Below are positions 1-8,664 of a stretch of DNA of 64,000 bases, one piece after another. A model generated the notes under the pieces. The model was given only the letters and a program-made list of their open reading frames with translations, was not told the origin of the DNA and ran no database searches. The position numbers were made by a program, and so were the translations under genes. This stretch comes from Terriglobia bacterium. Its GTDB lineage: Bacteria; Acidobacteriota; Polarisedimenticolia; Polarisedimenticolales; JAIQFR01. Numbering within the stretch: position 1 is the first letter of the stretch; each line of letters starts with the position of its first letter. Location of the stretch: assembly GCA_963748015.1 (NCBI GenBank), contig CAVVHE010000005.1, forward strand, positions 608,001 to 672,000, given 5' to 3'.

Positions 1-219
1 AAGGTCCTGAAGCAGAGCTACCAGGGCGAGAACCCCATCACGAGAGCGCCGGGGCAGATCGAGGCCTACTACTCCGACTACCGCGCGGTCGAGGGACGGA
101 TGGTCCCGTACAAGGAAGTCGTCAAGTCGGACGGGCAGGACGCGTTCTCCCTGACCCTCGAGTCGTTCAAGATCGACCCGCCGGTCGACGAGAAGCTGTT
201 CGAGAAGCCGGCGGAATGA
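1..219 (+). CDS. 3' end of a CDS entering the window; LolA-like / outer-membrane lipoprotein-sorting-type C-terminal domain
   Basis: Frame 1 is open from base 1 to TGA at 217-219: ...YYSDYRAVEGRMVPYKEVV...FKIDPPVDEKLFEKPAE. The 'YSDYRxVxG...P' and 'vd..lF.kP' patterns are typical of this fold. Confidence 0.6.
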   Translation, partial: KVLKQSYQGENPITRAPGQIEAYYSDYRAVEGRMVPYKEVVKSDGQDAFSLTLESFKIDPPVDEKLFEKPAE

Positions 220-245
220 CCGTTTGATCCCGGTTTCGTTTCGTG

Positions 246-277
246 GAGGGCCCCGCTCGCGGGGCCCTCTTCCTTTC
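246..277 (+). terminator. Probable intrinsic terminator
   Basis: GAGGGCCCCGC-TC-GCGGGGCCCTC inverted repeat followed by TTCCTTT, 26 nt after the stop codon. Confidence 0.65.
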
Positions 278-295
278 GGGTAGGATCCTGCTTCG

Positions 296-1018
296 ATGCG
301 CTACCGGTGCGTTCTCCTCGACGCGGGCGAGACGCTGTTCGGGCCGCGGGAATCCTTCGGCGCGGTGTACGCGCGGGTCTTGGCGCCGCTCGGGCTCGTT
401 CGCCCGGCGGAGGTCTTCGAGTCCGCGATCCGCGAATCGTGGCGCGAGATGGACCGGCTCGTGCCCCGCGGGGCGGACCGGTACGCCTTCTTCCCGGGAG
501 GCGAGGACGCATACTGGCTCCGTTTCGCACGCGGGGCCGTCGAGCGGGCCGCCGGTGCCGACGCGGCGGACGGGTTCGTCGAGGCGGCTCTCGAGCCGCT
601 GCGGGCGGCGTTCCGCGAGCCCGGGGCGTGGCTCGTCTATCCCGACGTGAGACCGGCGCTGTCGCTGCTCCGACTCTCGGGGGCTTCGCTCGCGGTAGTC
701 TCGAACTGGGATTCGCGCCTGCCCTACCTGCTGGACGTCTTGGACCTCGACGGCCTTTTCGACGCGGTGGTTTTCTCCCACAGGATCGGGGTCGAGAAGC
801 CGGACCCTCGCATCTTCCGGAGCGCGCTCGACGCGGTCGGCGCGGCGCCTCGCGATGCGCTCCACGTGGGGGACGTGCCGGAGCTGGACCTCGAAGGGGC
901 CCGCTCGGCGGGAATCGACTGCGTGCTCGTGGACCGGCGCTCTCGCCTCGACCCGGCGCTCGGGGCCCTCTCCGACCTCTCGGCGCTGCCGCGGATCGTG
1001 AGGAGCGGCCTGCCCTGA
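296..1018 (+). CDS. HAD-superfamily hydrolase (HAD-IA, REG-2/HDHD3-like)
   Basis: Motif I LLDAGETL, motif II VVSNWD, motifs III/IV EKPDPRIF and HVGD...DLEGA. Confidence 0.9.
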   Translation: MRYRCVLLDAGETLFGPRESFGAVYARVLAPLGLVRPAEVFESAIRESWREMDRLVPRGADRYAFFPGGEDAYWLRFARGAVERAAGADAADGFVEAALEPLRAAFREPGAWLVYPDVRPALSLLRLSGASLAVVSNWDSRLPYLLDVLDLDGLFDAVVFSHRIGVEKPDPRIFRSALDAVGAAPRDALHVGDVPELDLEGARSAGIDCVLVDRRSRLDPALGALSDLSALPRIVRSGLP

Positions 1019-1025
1019 CCGGCGA

Positions 1026-2111
1026 TCAGGACTTCACGAACTGCTTCTTCTTCTCCTCGAAGGTCTTGGAGTAGTCGGTCTCGCCCGAGAAGAGCACGGA
1101 GTCGATCACCCCGTCGGGGCGAATGATGAAGATCGTCGGGGTGGACGTCACCATGAACAACGTACCGAGCCTGAGCTCCTTGTCCATGACGGTCGGGAAG
1201 ACGAACGCCTCCTGCTTGCAGTATTCCTCGGTCTGCGTCCGCGCGGCGTCGCTCAGGACCTTGGCCGCGGTCACGACGTTGATCCCTTCCGGATGCGCCT
1301 TCACGTACGCGTTGATCTGCGGAAGCGACTTGCGACAGTGCGGACAGTCCTCCGCCCAGAAGATGAGCACGTTGAGCTTGTTCGGGGCCAGCAGGCTCGA
1401 CGTGTTGCGCACGGCGCCGCTGCCGACGAGCGGCGCCTCGAAGTCCGGGCATTTCTTTCCGACCAGCTCGACCGCCGGGAAGTACGGCGGAAGCACGCCG
1501 TAGCTGCCCACGCGGCCGGTTTCCGCGAGGCGCCTCAGTGCCCCGGCGACGTCCATCTTGTACTCGATCACCTGCTTGAGTCCGCCGGCGTTGGTCATCC
1601 GGAGGCGGCCCTCGGCGTCGAGCGCGGACACGTTCGGGACGGAACGCACGGCGAGGAGGCGACCGATCTTGAACCCGTCGTCCTGGAGCACCGGTATGTG
1701 GATCTTGAGCGCCGCGATCCGCTCCTTGGTGACCTTGAGCCAGTTCTGCGCCGCCGCCTCGCTCGCGCCGACCGGCGCGGTCACGACGCCGTAGACGGCC
1801 AGCTTCGAAGGACCGGCAGCGTCCGCGAGCTCCTGGACACCCAGCAGGGTCTCCTCCGCGCGGGGGTGCTGCGGGATCCAGTAGCAGAGCACGACGGGCG
1901 TCTTGCCGATCACGCCCTTGAGGTCGATCCTCGGCTCGCCGCCCGCACCCGGGTTGAGGTTGACATACGTCCCCGCCGGGAACACCTCGCCGAAAGCGGC
2001 CGTTGCCTGCGGGGAGGTCTCGGCGGGAGCGCCGAGGACGAGCGTCGAGACGGAAAGGGTCAGGGTCAGCAGGCTCAGGGCCGCCGCCCGGGAAGGCCGA
2101 CTCATCCGCAT
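1026..2111 (-). CDS. Exported two-domain redoxin (TlpA/AhpC-TSA-like thioredoxin folds)
   Basis: Signal peptide; domain 2 has FWAEDCPHC and cis-Pro TSTPT; domain 1 has the fold pattern (CYWIPQHP...RSVPN) without CxxC. Confidence 0.8.
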   Translation of the reverse strand: MRMSRPSRAAALSLLTLTLSVSTLVLGAPAETSPQATAAFGEVFPAGTYVNLNPGAGGEPRIDLKGVIGKTPVVLCYWIPQHPRAEETLLGVQELADAAGPSKLAVYGVVTAPVGASEAAAQNWLKVTKERIAALKIHIPVLQDDGFKIGRLLAVRSVPNVSALDAEGRLRMTNAGGLKQVIEYKMDVAGALRRLAETGRVGSYGVLPPYFPAVELVGKKCPDFEAPLVGSGAVRNTSSLLAPNKLNVLIFWAEDCPHCRKSLPQINAYVKAHPEGINVVTAAKVLSDAARTQTEEYCKQEAFVFPTVMDKELRLGTLFMVTSTPTIFIIRPDGVIDSVLFSGETDYSKTFEEKKKQFVKS

Positions 2112-2258
2112 GGTGTCCTCACCTTTTCGATGGCGCCGAGAATAGGGCGCGTTGAATTATGCGGACAGTTGCTCTTTTCTTCAAACGGTCCCGGCGACTC
2201 TCTCGCTCGGATCCGGAAAGAGCTTTCGTCTTACATTCGCAAATTTCGATTTTCGGGG

Positions 2259-2287
2259 TTGTCCCGAGGCGATCGGGGATTTATAGT
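2259..2287 (+). promoter_or_regulatory. sigma-70-type promoter for the LysM/M23 gene
   Basis: TTGTCC-17 nt-TATAGT, ending 7 nt before ATG 2295. Confidence 0.55.
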
Positions 2288-2294
2288 CCCCGCG

Positions 2295-3176
2295 ATGCGA
2301 CGAGGGGATGGTGTCTGCCCCGTCTCGAGGAGGGGGTTCTCTGCTCCCTTCGGTGCGCTCGTGTCGGCGTTGGCGATAGGGATCCTCATGACCCCGGGGT
2401 GCGCCGGGGTCCACCGGACCCAGGTCGAGACGAGCGCGCCGGCGGCGGAGCAGGCCACGGCCGTTGCGCCGGGTGCCGATGTCGCGGCCGCCACGAGGGG
2501 AGCCACGGGGAATGCGCGCGCCGAGGACGGCGACTCGCCGCAGGGCGTGTTCCATCGCGTCGAGCCCGGCCAGACCCTCTGGCGGATCGCGCGGGTCTAC
2601 GCCGTACCGCTCGAGGAGCTTCGCGAGGTCAATGGCCTCGATGACGCGGGCCGGCTGGAAATCGGCCAGGACCTGTTCGTCCCGGGGGCCACTTCCGTCA
2701 TGGCGGTGCCGCCGTACCCGTCGCCGCTCCCGCTCGTCCCGGTGCCCCTGCCGAGGGCCTTTGCCCCGCCGGCTCGCGACCTCGGCTTCGAATGGCCCGT
2801 GGCCGGCGGCCAGGTGATCTCCTACTTCGGCGCGCGCCGCAGGACCCACCGGCACGCGGGGATCGACATCGGAGGCGACCGCGGACAGGAGATCCTCGCG
2901 GCGCGCAGCGGGGTCGTCACGTTCAGCGGGCGCACGAAGACCGGCTACGGAAAGCTCGTCATCCTCGACCACGGCAGCGGCATCGAGTCGCTCTACGCCC
3001 ACGATCAGGACGTCCTGGTTCGGATCGGCGACAAGGTGGACAAGGGGCAGCCGATCGCCCGCCTCGGGCGGTCGGGCAACGCGACGACCCCCCATTGCCA
3101 CTTCGAGATCCGCAAGGACCGTATCCCGGTCGATCCGCTCCTGTACGTGTCCCGGCTGGCCGAGAACCGCCCGTGA
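2295..3176 (+). CDS. LysM + M23 peptidase (NlpD-like), probable lipoprotein
   Basis: Hydrophobic signal ending TPGC; LysM HRVEPGQTLWRIA; M23 zinc motifs HAGID and HCHFE. Start set at ATG 2295 inside the longer tracked ORF. Confidence 0.9.
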   Translation: MRRGDGVCPVSRRGFSAPFGALVSALAIGILMTPGCAGVHRTQVETSAPAAEQATAVAPGADVAAATRGATGNARAEDGDSPQGVFHRVEPGQTLWRIARVYAVPLEELREVNGLDDAGRLEIGQDLFVPGATSVMAVPPYPSPLPLVPVPLPRAFAPPARDLGFEWPVAGGQVISYFGARRRTHRHAGIDIGGDRGQEILAARSGVVTFSGRTKTGYGKLVILDHGSGIESLYAHDQDVLVRIGDKVDKGQPIARLGRSGNATTPHCHFEIRKDRIPVDPLLYVSRLAENRP

Positions 3177-3877
3177 AGATCGAGATCCGCTGCTCCGGTT
3201 GCGGGCGCGGCTACCTGATCGACGAGGCCAAGATCCCCGCGGCAGGCGGAGTCGTCGCCTGCAAGGCGTGCGGCGGAGGCATCGAGCTCCCGAAGCGCGA
3301 CGCTCCCGCTGCCGGGCCCCCGCCGCCGAGGACCGCGCCGCCCGCCCCGTCCTCGCCGACGGCACGCCCCGCGCGCGCGGGAGCCGACGATCCGGCGGCC
3401 GCCGCGGGACAGGTCGTCTGTCCCCGGTGCGCCCTGCATTTCGTGCCGGGAAAGACCGTGTCCGCCGCCCCGGCCTCGTGCCGCGCGACCGTCCTGGTCG
3501 TCGAGGACATGGAGTACTTCCGCGAGATCGCGACGGACGCGCTCTCGCCGAAGTACGACGTCAAGACCGCCACGTCGCTCGAGGAGGCGCGCCAGGCGCT
3601 GTCGGCCGGGGGGATCAACCTGATCCTCCTCGACCTGACGCTCGACCGCGGCGAGGAGGGGCTCTCGCTCCTTCGAGACCTGCCCTTCAAGCCCTGCCCG
3701 GTGATCATCTACACCGCGGAGGACGAGACCGAGATGTACGGCGAGTCGTGGGACCGGCTGCGCGCCTTGGGCGTCGACGACCTCGTGATCAAGGGAATCA
3801 ACGTGGGCGAGTCGCTGGCCAGGAAGGTCGCCGTGCTCCTCGGCGAGCCGGAGCCGCCGGAACCCACCGGACGCTAG
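3173..3877 (+). CDS. Zinc-ribbon (MJ0042-type) + receiver domain protein
   Basis: GTG overlaps the upstream stop (GTGA); CSGC...IDEAKIP...CKAC, Pro-rich linker, CPRC, then REC (VVED, LLDL, IK). Confidence 0.85.
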   Translation: MKIEIRCSGCGRGYLIDEAKIPAAGGVVACKACGGGIELPKRDAPAAGPPPPRTAPPAPSSPTARPARAGADDPAAAAGQVVCPRCALHFVPGKTVSAAPASCRATVLVVEDMEYFREIATDALSPKYDVKTATSLEEARQALSAGGINLILLDLTLDRGEEGLSLLRDLPFKPCPVIIYTAEDETEMYGESWDRLRALGVDDLVIKGINVGESLARKVAVLLGEPEPPEPTGR

Positions 3878-4632
3878 AAGTGCCAGCTCGCGCCGGCGAA
3901 GAAGTACATTCCGTCTAGCTTCAGGTTCTGGCTCGCGAGCTCGGAAGCGGCCACGTACGAGTTGTTCACGTCCGCGTCCGCCCAGGAGTAACGGCCCTCG
4001 AACAGCAGGTTCCAGCTGCGACTCATGGGGATCTCGACCCCCGCGAGAACGTGGACCTCGAGTGCCGTGCCGTCATCCCCCATGTCGGCGTACTGGTTCT
4101 CGTAGTCGCCGGTATCGGTGTTCTGGTAGATGAAGTACCCGTACTCGTTGTAGTCCCAGAACAGGAGGCCGACGCCGGCTCCGAAGTAGGGAACGGGCTG
4201 GTGGACCCGGTGCTGGCCCTTGCCGCGGTAGCTGTACCGCCCCGCGGGCAAGAATCGGAAATCGAACGTCACGGGGCTCAGCCGGAGCTGCGTGTCGTGA
4301 GGCGGGTTGAGCCCCGGCGCTCCTTCGAAGCCGCGATCGTAGGACCCCGCCGTCGACTCGTACCAGTCGACGTTGAAGCCGACCTCGAAGTTGTTGTTGA
4401 CCCCCGCGATGAAGCTGAATCCGAGCGCCGCGTCGTTGAAGTCGCTGGCGTCGAGGGTGAAGATCTGCTCGTTGTTGTCCCAGAGCTGTCCGCCGCCCGC
4501 CGGCAGGAAACCGCCGAGGCGAAACTGGAAGCCGTAGCCGCCGGGCTCTCGGCCGGGGGACCCCGCGTGGGCCGGAGCGGCGGCAGCCAGGACGAGTACC
4601 AGGACCGCAAGACCGGGCAGTGCGCGCTTCAT
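3874..4632 (-). CDS. Outer-membrane beta-barrel protein (small, OmpW/OmpA-barrel-like)
   Basis: Signal peptide (AHA), amphipathic strands such as PYFGAGVG, C-terminal aromatic signal ASWHF. Confidence 0.8.
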   Translation of the reverse strand: MKRALPGLAVLVLVLAAAAPAHAGSPGREPGGYGFQFRLGGFLPAGGGQLWDNNEQIFTLDASDFNDAALGFSFIAGVNNNFEVGFNVDWYESTAGSYDRGFEGAPGLNPPHDTQLRLSPVTFDFRFLPAGRYSYRGKGQHRVHQPVPYFGAGVGLLFWDYNEYGYFIYQNTDTGDYENQYADMGDDGTALEVHVLAGVEIPMSRSWNLLFEGRYSWADADVNNSYVAASELASQNLKLDGMYFFAGASWHF

Positions 4633-4698
4633 GTTCCCTCCGTCGGCCGGCCCCCGCTCTGCGAGGCGGGTATCGAAGTGGCGGCCGATCGGAGGAAT

Positions 4699-4714
4699 TG
4701 CAATCGCCGCGCCA
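4699..4714 (-). promoter_or_regulatory. sigma-54 (-24/-12) promoter
   Basis: Minus strand TGGCGCGGCGATTGCA (GG-N10-GC), 66 nt upstream of the barrel gene. Confidence 0.7.
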
Positions 4715-4808
4715 CGTCACGGCGCCAAAAAGTGCGCCGCGGCGCGGCATCGGGGCCGCGCGGTGTCCCTCGCGTGGGACACCGCGCGGGGACAGTCCGG
4801 GAAGATAT

Positions 4809-5675
4809 CTAGGGGCGGACGGTGACCTGGGCGGCCTGGTCGAGCTTCAGGGTGATGGCCGTCCCCGCGGGGATCTCGACCTCCTGACCCTGGGTCTTCG
4901 ACGCGATCGCGGTGCCCGCCGCGGCGCCGACGATGGCGCCGAGGACCGTCCCCTTGCCCCTGTCGCCCTTGCTCAGCATCCGGCCGAGCACCGCGCCGCC
5001 CGCGGTGGCCCCGCCGATCGTCGCGGCGTCCTTTCCCGTCTCGCTCTTCCCCGTCTCGGCGAACGACGCGGAGATCGGGGCGCTGCGGCCCGAGGTGAGC
5101 TCGAGCTTGTTGAAAGCGAGCGCGAGCTTGGCCTGCCCGCCGATCTTCTTCAGCGAGACGGCCTCGGTGACGCTGCCCACGACCACCGAGCCGGCGGGAA
5201 TCACGACGATGCCGTCTTGCAGCACGTCCTTCGCGACGCGCGCCCGGAAGCTGTCGCCGGCCTGGCTCGACTTGCTCGACACGCCGTCCAGGAACGAGAC
5301 CTCGATCGCGGTTCCCGCGGGAACGGTCTTGATGATCGGCTCGGGCTGGGGAGGCGGCTCGGCCGCCGCCACCGGCGGCGGCGCCGTGGTCCGGCCGGCT
5401 TCCTCGCCCTGAGGCTTCGGTGCGGGCCTCTGGGCGGGCTTCTGGGTGGGCTTGGGCGCCTGCGCGACGGCCGGCGGCGGCTCCGCCGGGGCTGCGGCGG
5501 GAGGCGCCGCGGGCTCGGCCTGCTGCGCCGGGGGCTGCTGGACGGGCGGCTGGGCCTGCTCGACGGCGGCCGGCGGAGCCTGCTGCTGCGCCCCACCGCC
5601 GCAGGCAACGGCCGCGAGCGCGGCCGCGGCGATCAACGTCAACGGGAACCACGCGGTAGCTAGCCGACGATTCAT
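4809..5675 (-). CDS. Lipoprotein with Pro/Ala/Gln linker and TrbI/VirB10-like beta domain with glycine zipper
   Basis: Lipobox AVAC; PAGT...IPAGS repeats; GGATAGGAVLG...GAIVGAAAG zipper. Confidence 0.65.
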   Translation of the reverse strand: MNRRLATAWFPLTLIAAAALAAVACGGGAQQQAPPAAVEQAQPPVQQPPAQQAEPAAPPAAAPAEPPPAVAQAPKPTQKPAQRPAPKPQGEEAGRTTAPPPVAAAEPPPQPEPIIKTVPAGTAIEVSFLDGVSSKSSQAGDSFRARVAKDVLQDGIVVIPAGSVVVGSVTEAVSLKKIGGQAKLALAFNKLELTSGRSAPISASFAETGKSETGKDAATIGGATAGGAVLGRMLSKGDRGKGTVLGAIVGAAAGTAIASKTQGQEVEIPAGTAITLKLDQAAQVTVRP

Positions 5676-5718
5676 GGATCGACCTCCTTCAAGGAAAGAA
5701 CTTCGTCTTCTGCGGTCC

Positions 5719-7605
5719 TCATGCCGGGCCTTCGCCTCCGCCGTTCTTCGAGCCCGGCCTGAGTCCCTCCGGGATCGCCTCCGCGACCTCGATCGCGACG
5801 GCGTAGCGCCCGAAGGGTGCGGCGATCTGGACTCCCTGCACGTGAGATGCCAGCGCGCGGATCGCTTCCCGCGCGATGGCGATCCCCTCGGCCCTGGCCT
5901 TCTCCTGCGTGTCCGCGCGGCGCATCCGCTCGAGGATGTCGTCCGGAACGTGCACGCCGGGAACCTCGTTGTTCATGAACTCCGCGTTGCGGTAGGAAGC
6001 GAGCGGCCAGACCCCCGCGACGAGCGGAATCCGGACGTGCCGGATCCGCTCCAGGAAAGAGAGGAGCTGCTCGACGTCGAACACCGGCTGGGTGACGACG
6101 AAGTCGGCCCCGGCGTCCACCTTCCACTCGAAGCGCGCGATCTCCCTCTCGAGGTCCACGGCGCCGGGATTGACCCCGACCCCCGCAAGAAACGACGTCG
6201 TCTCCCCGATCGGGTTCCCGCCCACGTCCATCCCCACGTTGAGGCGGTGGACCATGTTCATGAGGCCGATGCTGTCCACGTCGAACACGGCGGTGGCGTC
6301 CGGGTAGTCGCCCAGCTTCGGCGGGTCCCCGGTGATCACCAGGAGATTTCGCAGGCCCAGGGCGTGGGCGCCGAGCAGGTCCGACTGCATCCCGAGCAGA
6401 TTCCGGTCGCGGCAGCAGTAGTGAACCAGCGCCTCGATTCCCACGTCGCGCTCGATCCGCACCGCCATCGCCATCGGACTCATGCGCGCCGAGGCCCGCG
6501 GACCGTCGGGGATGTTGATCGCGTCCACGCCGGCGCCCCGCAGGAGGCGCGCGCCGTCGAGGTTCTTCCCGAGCTCGTGGCCCCGGGGAGGGAGCATCTC
6601 GACGCTCACGACGAACCGCCCCTCGGCGACCGACGCCGCGAGTCGCGAGCGGCTCGCGAGGGGGCGCGGCGCGGCCGTCGGACGGGCGGCGGCGGGTCCC
6701 GCGGCGCCCCTGACCGCGCCGAGACTGCGCGGAGCGAGCGCCCGCACGGCGCGCCGGATCTGCTTGAGGTGCTCCGGGGTGGTCCCGCAGCAGCCGCCGA
6801 CGATCCGGGCGCCGGCCCCGATGAACCGGGCCGCGTAGCTCCCCATGTACTCCGGGCTGCAGAGGTAGAAGTTGCGATCCTCGACGACCCTCGGCTTGCC
6901 GGCGTTCGGCTGGGCAACGATGGGGAGCGAGACCGTCGTCGCGAGACGCTCGACCGCCTCGAGCATCGGCCCCGGCCCGACGGAGCAGTTGACGCCGACC
7001 GCGTCCACGGGAAGCGCCGCGAGCGCCGCGCCGAAGTCCTCGGGACTGACCCCCTCGAGGCTCGTCCCGTCGTCCTGGATGGTCATCTGCACGACGATCG
7101 GAAGATCGGAGACGCTTCTCACGCCCCGCACGGCCGCCTCGGCCTCGGCGAGGTCGTAGAAGGTCTCGAGCGAGAACAGATCCACGCCGCCTTCGACCAG
7201 GGCCGCCGCCTGCTCGGCGAAGAACGCCGCGGCCTCGTCGATCGAGGTGGGCCCCCAGGGCTCGATCCTGAGACCGAGAGGGCCGATCGCGCCCGCGACG
7301 AAGAGGTCGTCGCCGGCGGCCTTCCGGGCGATCCGCGCGCCGGAGACGTTGATCTCGGCGACCCGGTCGGCGAGGCCGTGCTTCATGAGCTTCAGCCGGC
7401 TCGCGCCGAACGTGTTGGTCTCGAGGACGTCCACCCCGACGGCGGCGTATTCCTGGTGGACCTCCTCCACGAGGAAGGGGGCGGAGAGGTTCAGCTCGTC
7501 GAAGCAGCGGTTCAGCGTGATCCCGCGATCGTACAGGCGCGTCCCCACCGCACCGTCGAAGAGGACGATGCGCTCCGCGAGAAGACGCCTGAAATCACGT
7601 GGCAC
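5719..7605 (-). CDS. yitJ: Bifunctional homocysteine S-methyltransferase / 5,10-methylenetetrahydrofolate reductase
   Basis: FDGAVGT, TNTFGA, GVNC and GGCCGTTPEH zinc site; C-terminal MTHFR domain (HYCCRDRN, TGDPP, AGADFVVTQ). Confidence 0.92.
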   Translation of the reverse strand: MPRDFRRLLAERIVLFDGAVGTRLYDRGITLNRCFDELNLSAPFLVEEVHQEYAAVGVDVLETNTFGASRLKLMKHGLADRVAEINVSGARIARKAAGDDLFVAGAIGPLGLRIEPWGPTSIDEAAAFFAEQAAALVEGGVDLFSLETFYDLAEAEAAVRGVRSVSDLPIVVQMTIQDDGTSLEGVSPEDFGAALAALPVDAVGVNCSVGPGPMLEAVERLATTVSLPIVAQPNAGKPRVVEDRNFYLCSPEYMGSYAARFIGAGARIVGGCCGTTPEHLKQIRRAVRALAPRSLGAVRGAAGPAAARPTAAPRPLASRSRLAASVAEGRFVVSVEMLPPRGHELGKNLDGARLLRGAGVDAINIPDGPRASARMSPMAMAVRIERDVGIEALVHYCCRDRNLLGMQSDLLGAHALGLRNLLVITGDPPKLGDYPDATAVFDVDSIGLMNMVHRLNVGMDVGGNPIGETTSFLAGVGVNPGAVDLEREIARFEWKVDAGADFVVTQPVFDVEQLLSFLERIRHVRIPLVAGVWPLASYRNAEFMNNEVPGVHVPDDILERMRRADTQEKARAEGIAIAREAIRALASHVQGVQIAAPFGRYAVAIEVAEAIPEGLRPGSKNGGGEGPA

Positions 7606-7648
7606 GGCTCACACCCGGAGACCTCGGCGCCGGCCGAAGAGACGGCGC

Positions 7649-7674
7649 GGGGCCGCCCGCGAAGGGGCGGCCCC
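7649..7674. terminator. GC-rich hairpin between the OmpA-family gene and yitJ
   Basis: GGGGCCGCCC-GCGAAG-GGGCGGCCCC. The T-run is on the + strand while both flanking genes are on -, so its role is uncertain. Confidence 0.35.
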
Positions 7675-7710
7675 TTTCCGTGATGAGCTAGCAGCGACCC
7701 GGGCCGCTGG

Positions 7711-8355
7711 CTACTCGAGGACCCGGATCACCACGCGGCGGTTCTGAGCCCGCCCATCCGCGGTCTTGTTGTCGGCGACAGGCTTCGACTTCCCGTAGGA
7801 GATCACGCTCATCGCGTGAAGGGGCACGCCGCCCTTCTCGTTCAGGTAGGTCATCACGGCCTTCGCCCGCTTCTCGCCGAGCTGCAGGTTGTACTGGTCG
7901 CTACCGATGTTGTCCGTGTGGCCCTCGATCTCGAGGTAGACGGCCTTGTCCATGGACTTCACCTTCGCGGCCAGGTCGTCGAGATCCTTCGCGGCCTCCG
8001 GCGGAATCGACTCCTGGTCGAAGGAGAACTTGACGCGGTCGTCGGACAGCGTCACCGTCCAGAGGATCTTGCCCTTGGCCATCTTCTCGGCGGCCTGGGC
8101 CTTCGTCATGGCCTGGGAGCCGATCTCGACCGCCTTCTCCGCGGTTCCCTTCACCGCGGAAATCTTGGTGTCCGTCTCGGTGCGGAGGTCTCCGACCCGG
8201 CGCTCGTTCTGCTCGACGCCGCTCTCGACTCCCTTGATCCGCTGGTCGGTCTGCTCTTGGTCCTTGGTGTAGACCTTCTTGGTCACGCAGCCCACCGAGA
8301 CGGTCAGGGCCGCGACGGCCAGCAAGGCCACCATCGCTGTCGTTCGCTTCTGCAT
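7711..8355 (-). CDS. OmpA-family peptidoglycan-binding lipoprotein with N-terminal coiled coil
   Basis: Lipobox SVGC; EGHTD, YNLQLGEKRA, SYGKSKP, NRRV; RBS GGAG before ATG 8355. Confidence 0.9.
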   Translation of the reverse strand: MQKRTTAMVALLAVAALTVSVGCVTKKVYTKDQEQTDQRIKGVESGVEQNERRVGDLRTETDTKISAVKGTAEKAVEIGSQAMTKAQAAEKMAKGKILWTVTLSDDRVKFSFDQESIPPEAAKDLDDLAAKVKSMDKAVYLEIEGHTDNIGSDQYNLQLGEKRAKAVMTYLNEKGGVPLHAMSVISYGKSKPVADNKTADGRAQNRRVVIRVLE

Positions 8356-8520
8356 AGCCTGCTCTCCTTGAGTGCTCCCCGTCGGGCCACTTGCCTGGGG
8401 CGCCGGTCGGGGAACCCGGTCGCCTTCTCGGCACATATGCGTCGAACCATTCGGCTTCGACGTTTCGTTACTGTATTCCGCTCCCTACAGGATTGCAATC
8501 GCCCCCTGAACCTGATCACT

Positions 8521-8535
8521 TCAATCGTCGTGCCA
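8521..8535 (-). promoter_or_regulatory. Possible sigma-54 promoter (variant -12)
   Basis: Minus strand TGGCACGACGATTGA: consensus -24 box, GA instead of GC at -12. Confidence 0.45.
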
Positions 8536-8664
8536 TCCCCCGCGGGCCCATTCCCGTGAGTTTGACCGGATGGAGGCACGGAACAGAGTGTAAAAAGGGA
8601 TATACCAGGGAACGATCTGCCCGGTTGGGGGGGCGGGAGTGGGCTCGCGGCGGGGATCCGCGGG

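Noticed and set aside
7606..7710. SAM riboswitch upstream of yitJ
   Set aside because: Only simple hairpins; no SAM-I or SAM-II consensus recognisable.
8540..8570. c-di-GMP-I (GEMM) riboswitch (minus-strand GGTCAAAC...)
   Set aside because: Lacks the GAAA tetraloop, the GACGCAAAGC junction and the second stem.
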